Virus record (IMG/VR): IMGVR_UViG_3300033153_016035
Location: 55,918-119,917 of that record
DNA length: 64,000 nucleotides
Direction: 5' to 3' (one strand)
Origin: a virus
Notes under the pieces: model-generated
What the model was told of the DNA's origin: nothing
Seen by the model: only the letters and a program-made list of their open reading frames with translations
Databases searched by the model: none
Shown: positions 57,333 to 64,000 of the stretch, in pieces
Position numbering within the stretch: position 1 is the stretch's first letter
How the letters are laid out: each line of letters opens with the position of its first letter
Program-made: the position numbers and the translations under genes

Positions 57333-60008
57333 CTAATCAAAGATTCCGGCTTGTGCTCTGACATCGTCTCCACGGGTACGCATAACTGTCCAGGCTTCCT
57401 GGTACAGGTAGTTTAAAAGGGGGCGATAGAATGCGTCTTGCAATTCCTCCCTCTTGTTCTCGGTGGCCTCCAACCCCATCTTGTGTATAGTGGCGTTATA
57501 GAAATCACCAAATTTCTTGTCGTTGACCCGCAGCCACTGCCGGGTTTCCTTCCACTCCGGCCTGGGGTAGTATTTAGGCATCTGCTGGTAGAGCCACTCC
57601 TCTAAGGCAAAGCGTTGGATGAGGGCATTGTACTCAGGAAATGGGGGTTTCTCCCCCGCCAGTTTCTTCTTCATCCAAAGCAGGATGTGGGGCAGGGCAT
57701 CCTGCTCATAGGCGGTGAAACGCTCCCGGATTTCCTGGAAGATGTCGTCATCGGTGTCTGTGGAGATACCCTCTACAAAATAACTATCGAAGGTAATCTT
57801 CTCGCCTTTCTGAATAGTCCATTCAGACCCTACGGCGCTATAGCCTCCCGAAAAGTTAAAATAAGGAACCTTCTTGAGATTGTACTTTTTAACATTTCTG
57901 ACATGTTTAGCATAGGTACTCTTTATGAGTTTTTTTGCATCTTTTATATACTGTTTCCAGGATTCATCACTTGCCTCCGTTGACGCCGGTTCCCCCTTTA
58001 TGCCAACCATTTTCAATTTCCCCTGTAGTACTTTTTCGTTCCTCCGAAACTCCACCTGAAGGCGATCATATGCCGTCCAATATGCGTCGGGGTACTTCGT
58101 CTCCCACAGACTGTCAGCGGCATCCAAACTTTCCGACAGCCCAATCCGCTTCTTCCACGATCGCATAACCGTGATCCAGAATTCCCGTGGCTTCTCATCC
58201 CCAATTTCCATCTTGTCTACAGTCTGGGACATAACCTCCTGCCACTCAGACTCAAGGTATGGTAGGCCAACAGAGCGTCCCCTCTCATCTTTGAGGCGAA
58301 TCTGCATATTACGAAGTAGGGTACGGTGTGCTTTCTGCCCCCGTGTGCTGCCGGAAACGATGGCAAGTTCAATTTCTAACTTTGCCCGCCCCCTATGAAG
58401 GATACTGACTACCTCGTCTTTATATCTGTCCGATGCAACCTCTTCCGGGGTTCCACGCCGTATTGCCACATCTCGATCTCCTTTAGCCACGCTCAGGGCT
58501 CGCTGTATCTCTAAAGCGGCGCCGGTGCGTATCTTTGTTCCTACACTACGAAACCACTCTACGTGGTTGTAAAAATCATCTTCCCTGCTGGGGTTCAGAC
58601 GTTCGTTAAGTAGGGTGAGGAGTTCGCCTGGATCTCCCAGACCCTCACCCACCACCAACCCCTCATTTTTCTGCGTCTTCTCCAGACGTTTTCTCTCTTT
58701 CTTCGTTTCCAGATCATATTTTCGCTGCAAAGCTTGGTACTGCGCCACCTTCTCTTTCTTCAAGGCATCTAAGGCGTCCTTTCGGTCTTTAGGACTAAGT
58801 GACTTGTCCCCCTTAATCTCTCGAAAACCTTTGTCATAAGACTTCTGCAATCCGCCTTTAGCCAACTGAAAAGATTTCTCGTCATACCACCTAGTTAAGC
58901 GCATCAGGGCGCGGTTTACCACCGGGATTTTGAGGATACGACTGAAAATATTAGCAAAAAGTATTCCCCCGGCGGCGCCTAAAAGACCGGCAGAAAAAGG
59001 GTCTAATGCTTCATCCAACCCCTCCGCAACATCCCCCTCTTCTAGTACTATTCCTAAAACCCTTTTCATCGCTGCGACACGCCATTCATAGTACTCGTAG
59101 GTTCCCTCTTTCTTGGGGTTACGCAATTTAGCCGTCATATCCCAAAAATCAGGATTATACAGCCAATTATTTAAAAGACTTCTTTCTCCAGGATACCCCT
59201 TTTTACCATGTTTAGTACGCTTGTTCCACTCATTACTACCCTCTACCTCCGCCTTCAAGTACTTCTCAAGACGTGGAACCAGTTTTGAAAATACTTTTTC
59301 CTTGTCGCTTCCCTTAGCCACGGACATATAAGCTGTATTCATCTTATATGATGCCTGCATCCCCGTGTAGTCGTCCGATCCCCACTTAATCTTCCCGTAC
59401 ACAATTTGAGCTTTCCTTTCGCTCCCACGAAGTGCCGCCGGTGCCAACTCAATTTTCTCCAATAAACCTAAAACGCCACCCCCCACCGACTCCTCGACAT
59501 CCCCCTTCCGATAAAGGGTCTTCATCACCTCCTGGTCCATCTTTTGTACCAGGGGAATAAAAATTGCGTCCTGGAGTGCCTTAAGCACTTCCTTGGTCGG
59601 GGGATTGCCACCCTGACTTCTTTGGGTAAACTCCGCAGCGTAAACTTTATCCGCTGTCATAATATCCGGTTGCAGGGCCTCCCACTCCACCATAGTATAA
59701 TGCTCCCGCTGCTTTGCCTCACGCCACAACCAGTCGGCCAAGGCAAACCTCCGCTCCATTGGGGTCATTTGTGGCAAATCCGGCTCCGCCATTCCCCGCT
59801 CTCCCCAGGCAATTTTCTTCGCCCAGGAAACGGCTAGATCCCGCGCCTTCATAAGTAGGGTTGGGTCATAAGGCATTTCATACTTTTCCCGCAATGCCGC
59901 CTCATAAGCTTCCACAAGCTGATCTGGGGCCAACCGCTCGGGTGCCGCCACCTCTTTTTCCTGTCGCAGGGGGTGCAGTCCTGCTCGCAGTAAAAAATAA
60001 CTGTCCAC
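57333..60008 (-). CDS. Modular 891-aa protein with the MDSYFLLRAGLHP leader and an internal domain duplication
   Basis: Shared leader; linkers VEES, VLEEGDVAEGLDEA, LLNE and LSES; AGGAG RBS. Confidence 0.85.
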   Translation of the reverse strand: MDSYFLLRAGLHPLRQEKEVAAPERLAPDQLVEAYEAALREKYEMPYDPTLLMKARDLAVSWAKKIAWGERGMAEPDLPQMTPMERRFALADWLWREAKQREHYTMVEWEALQPDIMTADKVYAAEFTQRSQGGNPPTKEVLKALQDAIFIPLVQKMDQEVMKTLYRKGDVEESVGGGVLGLLEKIELAPAALRGSERKAQIVYGKIKWGSDDYTGMQASYKMNTAYMSVAKGSDKEKVFSKLVPRLEKYLKAEVEGSNEWNKRTKHGKKGYPGERSLLNNWLYNPDFWDMTAKLRNPKKEGTYEYYEWRVAAMKRVLGIVLEEGDVAEGLDEALDPFSAGLLGAAGGILFANIFSRILKIPVVNRALMRLTRWYDEKSFQLAKGGLQKSYDKGFREIKGDKSLSPKDRKDALDALKKEKVAQYQALQRKYDLETKKERKRLEKTQKNEGLVVGEGLGDPGELLTLLNERLNPSREDDFYNHVEWFRSVGTKIRTGAALEIQRALSVAKGDRDVAIRRGTPEEVASDRYKDEVVSILHRGRAKLEIELAIVSGSTRGQKAHRTLLRNMQIRLKDERGRSVGLPYLESEWQEVMSQTVDKMEIGDEKPREFWITVMRSWKKRIGLSESLDAADSLWETKYPDAYWTAYDRLQVEFRRNEKVLQGKLKMVGIKGEPASTEASDESWKQYIKDAKKLIKSTYAKHVRNVKKYNLKKVPYFNFSGGYSAVGSEWTIQKGEKITFDSYFVEGISTDTDDDIFQEIRERFTAYEQDALPHILLWMKKKLAGEKPPFPEYNALIQRFALEEWLYQQMPKYYPRPEWKETRQWLRVNDKKFGDFYNATIHKMGLEATENKREELQDAFYRPLLNYLYQEAWTVMRTRGDDVRAQAGIFD

Positions 60009-60025
60009 ATTTTTCTCCTGTAAAA

Positions 60026-60271
60026 TTATGCGCTGGCAAAAACCACTTTAGTGAAAAACCCGGCTACCGTTTTAAGGGACCAAACCCCCCTCATAACCAT
60101 TGAAACTACTGTCTGCCAAACCTCTCGCCACGACCGGAAACCTTCCTCCCCATCGTGGTTCCAGTGCGAAAGTTTCGGTGCGCCCTTCCGCAGTTTCTTA
60201 TAAATACTGGACGCTTCCTTCATCTTCCGCCGCAGTTTCTCTCGTCTTTTAGCTTCCTTTGCGCTCACCAC
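60026..60271 (-). CDS. Small basic hypothetical protein
   Basis: ORF fills the gap in the operon. Confidence 0.55.
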   Translation of the reverse strand: MVSAKEAKRREKLRRKMKEASSIYKKLRKGAPKLSHWNHDGEEGFRSWREVWQTVVSMVMRGVWSLKTVAGFFTKVVFASA

Positions 60272-60277
60272 TGTCCC

Positions 60278-61420
60278 CTAAAAGGCTGATATTGTCATAA
60301 TATCGCCGTCGACGCCAATCACATAAAAGCCGCCGAAAACAAAACCCGAAGCTATTTTCCCCTTGGCCGCTTTCCTAATACCCTCGGCCTCCGGCCCGAA
60401 AACCACTAATTCATAACTATTAGTTGGGATTTGTGGTTCCCTCTGGTAATTGCGGGCCGCACCAGACTCACCAAAACAAAGCTCATTACACACAAAGTAT
60501 AAAGTACGACGCCGCCGAGCGTCCAAGACAATACAAAGTTGAGTGAAAGTTAAGTCAACTGCGCCCCCGTTTAACCGGTACTCGTCTTCTCGAAGTATAA
60601 AATCAATTTTAGCTTCTTTATTAATGCCAACCCAGAAGGCATAACCATAATCGTACTTTCTAATCCACGAAAAGTACCGCCGAATATCCTCTTTCCCGCG
60701 AATTTTAGTATTACGGCCTACCCCAAAACCGGTAAAAGAGGGCACATCACCTATAGTCTTATCGCCAAAAACCGCCACACCGAAAGCATCCCGAAGTTTA
60801 CGGATGTCCTTCTGGACTGTAGGGCTTACGACACTATTTACCGGCTCGCCCTCTACTTTCTTGTAGTCTCGCCTTCCGTACAGGTGGTCTAATATGGTGC
60901 GCAAAAACCAGTATCCCACCACTGACAGTTCCTTATCCGGAAGGTCTACTAACTTGGGTGTGATTTTACTGCGCAGAAGGTCCACCAACCGGGGGGCGTC
61001 CATAGATTCTAAAAACATAGTTAAAGCCAGGAGCTGCTCCATCCTAATCTCTTCATCCTGGGAATAGGAAAGAATGTCTTTTACCAACACTTCTCCGGCC
61101 CCCCTACCTAGATCCTCCAAAGGTTTAGCGGAGCTTACTCCCAAAGCACGAATAAGCTCCGCTCCCTCACTCCACTCAAAAATAAAGGACTCCCGACCCT
61201 CCTTTAGACCAAAAGTCCTTAATAATTCCTTAGCTGTGTACTCTAAGGAATCTGCTACCTCACCAACTTTTCGCGTTCCCCAATAAACTAAATTTCCTAG
61301 TTTACCCTTTATAGACGCCGCAAAAGACTTACCAAAAGTCCAAAGCTTCTCTAAGATGTTTTCGTTTATCTCTAACTGTGCCGGGTGCAGACCCGCCCTC
61401 AAAAGAAAATATGAATTCAT
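60278..61420 (-). CDS. Hypothetical protein with the MNSYFLLRAGLHP leader
   Basis: Shared leader followed by LEINE and LKEG. Confidence 0.85.
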   Translation of the reverse strand: MNSYFLLRAGLHPAQLEINENILEKLWTFGKSFAASIKGKLGNLVYWGTRKVGEVADSLEYTAKELLRTFGLKEGRESFIFEWSEGAELIRALGVSSAKPLEDLGRGAGEVLVKDILSYSQDEEIRMEQLLALTMFLESMDAPRLVDLLRSKITPKLVDLPDKELSVVGYWFLRTILDHLYGRRDYKKVEGEPVNSVVSPTVQKDIRKLRDAFGVAVFGDKTIGDVPSFTGFGVGRNTKIRGKEDIRRYFSWIRKYDYGYAFWVGINKEAKIDFILREDEYRLNGGAVDLTFTQLCIVLDARRRRTLYFVCNELCFGESGAARNYQREPQIPTNSYELVVFGPEAEGIRKAAKGKIASGFVFGGFYVIGVDGDIMTISAF

Positions 61421-61455
61421 GTGGTAATCTCCACCGGCAGACAGTTCCGCTTCGC

Positions 61456-62190
61456 TTACATGCTAACCTTAGCACTACACTTAAAATCCCTCTCGGCATC
61501 CCAGGGACTAAGTCTCCGGGAAGAGAAAATTTCTATTTGGACCCTCTCTGCCGTAAAAAGTCTCTTACACTTCAGACACGAAATTTCAGCCTTGCCCCTT
61601 TTAAACTGTACATACCTATCATCCGCAATTTGGGAACAATAAGGACATAGCAATGAATCACCATTTTGTTCCATTGTACCATTCCCCCGACACATAGGAC
61701 AAACACATTTTTGTGTTTTATCCGGGATATTTAACGGCTTTTCTTTAGCTCCCGGGACAACACCACCGTCGATGTATAACTGCCCCCGCCGCCGCTGCTC
61801 CGACCACATCTCAAATGGGGGCCCACTCCTGTCGGTGTAGGGGAAGGCCATGTCAAAGACCTCCAGCTTTTTATAGCCTTCGATCTTTGGGTCAAAAAGA
61901 ATTTTGTCCATTGTTTTGCGTGTAAGTGTCTGGAAGGCTCGCATGTCAAACAGAACCTCTTCTATTTCACACAAATGCCACACAACGATATCGTCGTTCT
62001 GATCCTCAGTTTCCGCCACAGCCCGAAACAGGCTACCGACCCCCATCGCCTTAAGTGCCTCTTCGTATTCCTCCATCTCTACTTTGGCCGGAATATCCCA
62101 CACCCCACCATCGGTAGGAGCATCAAGATAGGCGTATTCACCACGTATTTCCAGTATCAAAAATGTTTGTGTTATGCATTGCGTATACAT
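61456..62190 (-). CDS. Hypothetical protein with C-terminal Zn-finger motifs
   Basis: CPMC, CPYC and CLKC. Confidence 0.7.
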   Translation of the reverse strand: MYTQCITQTFLILEIRGEYAYLDAPTDGGVWDIPAKVEMEEYEEALKAMGVGSLFRAVAETEDQNDDIVVWHLCEIEEVLFDMRAFQTLTRKTMDKILFDPKIEGYKKLEVFDMAFPYTDRSGPPFEMWSEQRRRGQLYIDGGVVPGAKEKPLNIPDKTQKCVCPMCRGNGTMEQNGDSLLCPYCSQIADDRYVQFKRGKAEISCLKCKRLFTAERVQIEIFSSRRLSPWDAERDFKCSAKVSM

Positions 62191-62714
62191 TAGACAACCC
62201 CCACATTACTTTTGTTGCCCACCTCTATGTACAAATTTTTCTTAATTTTAATGGCTGGCAACTGGCCCCGCTTAATCTTGATTTGTATATTTCTAACCCC
62301 ACAACCATACGCCGCAGCGTACTCTTCTACCGTCTGGTACTGCTTACTCGGATCTAAAGCGGGAAGACCTCCCACAAAAAGAGTGACACTGTGCCGGTTA
62401 TAGTACCACTTCCCGTCCTTACCCAGTACAGCCACAATACGACCGCTATTACGAAGTCGCAGCAGCTCTCTCGGGGAGTACCCGGTTATCTCCTGTGCCC
62501 CCGCGCTGGTTATCCACTGACCCGGATCCCTAAATTCTGCCCAGGACTCACACATGCAGCACCCCCAGTCTGCCACATTAGGTATATACCCTGGCCCCAC
62601 GACACTAAGTCTCCTATTCTCCCGTCCCCATTTAGCTTCAGCAGCTTTCTTCATCTCTGAAGCCCTTTTTGGGATGGCCCGCCGATAATTTTCTAAATTT
62701 TTATAAAAAGCCAT
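62190..62714 (-). CDS. Double MerR/excisionase-type HTH protein
   Basis: WITSAGAQEITGYSPRELLRL..SGRI and YQTVEEYAAAYG...IKRGQLPAIKI. Confidence 0.7.
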   Translation of the reverse strand: MAFYKNLENYRRAIPKRASEMKKAAEAKWGRENRRLSVVGPGYIPNVADWGCCMCESWAEFRDPGQWITSAGAQEITGYSPRELLRLRNSGRIVAVLGKDGKWYYNRHSVTLFVGGLPALDPSKQYQTVEEYAAAYGCGVRNIQIKIKRGQLPAIKIKKNLYIEVGNKSNVGVV

Positions 62715-62742
62715 TGACTTTTTCCTTCCTACCCGTTATACT
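62714..62742 (+). promoter_or_regulatory. sigma70-type promoter overlapping the HTH gene start, in antisense orientation
   Basis: TTGACT-17 nt-TATACT. Confidence 0.6.
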
Positions 62743-62792
62743 AACGGAAATCAGACTTAAACACTCAAAAGTATACAAATACACAACTGCCT

Positions 62793-62828
62793 AAAGCCTC
62801 GGGGGCTGCACCCCGAGGCTTTTATTTT
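62793..62828 (+). terminator. Terminator-like hairpin
   Basis: AAAGCCTCGGGG-gctgca-CCCCGAGGCTTTTATTTT. Confidence 0.7.
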
Positions 62829-63093
62829 AGGGCATAAGCCCTAAGTCCCGTAAAGACCCCTTAGTCTCCGACGGAAAACCCTCCATAAAATCTAATAAAT
62901 CCCCCCTATTTGCCTGCTCCCTTTTACCTAACTGAATTGCGATCGGCGTCTTCAGTAAAAATTCCCCCTGATCTGTCGTCATCCACACCTTCTTAACTGC
63001 ACTGTCCAAATGCAAAGTGTATCTAAGGTAATTATCCTCCTCCTCCGTTTCAGGTATAATTACCAAACTTTCATCTTTCACAGTAATCCTCAT
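62827..63093 (-). CDS. Hypothetical protein
   Basis: ATGA-coupled ORF. Confidence 0.65.
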   Translation of the reverse strand: MRITVKDESLVIIPETEEEDNYLRYTLHLDSAVKKVWMTTDQGEFLLKTPIAIQLGKREQANRGDLLDFMEGFPSETKGSLRDLGLMP

Positions 63094-63377
63094 ATTAACC
63101 CCTCACCGGCTAAAAAGGCAAATTTGCACACAATTCCCTGCGTGAAAATTAGCCCCATCTCGGGAGAATCAAAATACACCCCGGGGGCATAGTAAGTTAT
63201 AAGAACCTTTTCTTTGGCGTCATAGGCTATATGCACCAAAATAGTGCCACAGCACGCACACCCAGCCTGTAAAAGCATAACTCCCCTATGAAATACACTT
63301 CCCCCTATGATAACTTCCGCAGAACCTGACCGCAGCAGCCAGGTTTCTAAAGTCTTTCTGAGCCGAACTTTTGTCAT
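63090..63377 (-). CDS. Hypothetical protein
   Basis: ATGA-coupled ORF. Confidence 0.6.
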   Translation of the reverse strand: MTKVRLRKTLETWLLRSGSAEVIIGGSVFHRGVMLLQAGCACCGTILVHIAYDAKEKVLITYYAPGVYFDSPEMGLIFTQGIVCKFAFLAGEGLI

Positions 63378-64000
63378 ATTACTAAATCCCCCAATGGCCT
63401 AACGATCCTAGTACCTGTGGCCTCACAATTACCACGGTAGGCCGCCAGCACCTTAGGGGCTATCATATGCCCATATGAATCTTCCACCATCCAGGATCGC
63501 GGCCACTGAAAAAAGTCATGTGCCCAGTAATAGTCAATTCCAACCACATCAGCCACCTGCCGATCCGTAACCCCATTACCCACCAAGGCGAATTTTTCAT
63601 AAGGTAAGGCCCCACCATCCCCATTAAAACGGTGGTGAAACTCCTTTAATGCCTGAATTGCCATATCAGGTATAGGCTTATTGTTCTCCTGAAACCAGTG
63701 TTTATACTCCCCTTTACCGTGATAATAGGAAATCTTAATAAGCGAAAACATCCCTTCCAGGATAGCATTTAGCTCTAAAACTATTTCCCACGCGGCCATC
63801 TCGTTCATGTACCCGTGGGAAACACCACCTTGATTGGTCACGATCCCAAATTTTGACCCCTGTTTATGCAAACCCGCAAGCACTTGAGGCACATTTGGGC
63901 CCACAAAAAAATCCTCAAAATGATTAGCACACACCTTACCGCTACAGGTAAATGTGAGTGTGCCGTCCATATCGAACAGGTAAAAAGCTTTATCGTACAT
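63374..64000 (-). CDS. HAD-IIIA phosphatase (polynucleotide 3'-phosphatase/GmhB-like)
   Basis: FDMDGT, IVTNQGG, KPIPDM and VGN..TD; the start lies at the window edge. Confidence 0.8.
   Translation of the reverse strand: MYDKAFYLFDMDGTLTFTCSGKVCANHFEDFFVGPNVPQVLAGLHKQGSKFGIVTNQGGVSHGYMNEMAAWEIVLELNAILEGMFSLIKISYYHGKGEYKHWFQENNKPIPDMAIQALKEFHHRFNGDGGALPYEKFALVGNGVTDRQVADVVGIDYYWAHDFFQWPRSWMVEDSYGHMIAPKVLAAYRGNCEATGTRIVRPLGDLVI

Noticed and set aside
1-64000. Stop-codon reassignment
   Set aside because: Long, tightly packed ORFs under the standard code end in TAA, TAG and TGA, with no fragmentation pattern.

Overview
A 64-kb segment of a large tailed bacteriophage genome, most likely T4-like or jumbo type. 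It uses the standard genetic code and sigma70-type promoters, and the host cannot be identified from the sequence. Almost all genes are on the minus strand. 1-13.8 kb and 49-61.5 kb encode large, probably virion-internal proteins punctuated by (L/I/V)-x-E motifs that resemble T4 gp21 protease cleavage sites. Three of these proteins share the N-terminal leader M(D/N)SYFLLRAGLHP, and a degenerate gp21-like protease lies among them. 25.4-49 kb carries accessory and DNA-metabolism genes: a RusA-like resolvase, a DEDDh exonuclease, an Acb1-like 2H phosphoesterase, a Tad1-like sponge, a circularly permuted C5 methyltransferase, an amino-methyltransferase, a deoxynucleoside kinase, a TetR regulator and many small Cys-rich proteins. 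It also contains a symmetric non-coding locus with a strand-skew switch at about 41-42 kb. The only plus-strand block (14.0-25.4 kb) is the most unusual part. A near-consensus promoter is followed by about 1.8 kb of highly structured non-coding sequence, with long-range helices, pseudoknots and non-canonical tRNA-like elements. After it comes an array of short genes separated by about 14 hairpins that vary in sequence but keep a length of about 30 nt. All family assignments come from motif recognition by eye; no searches were run.
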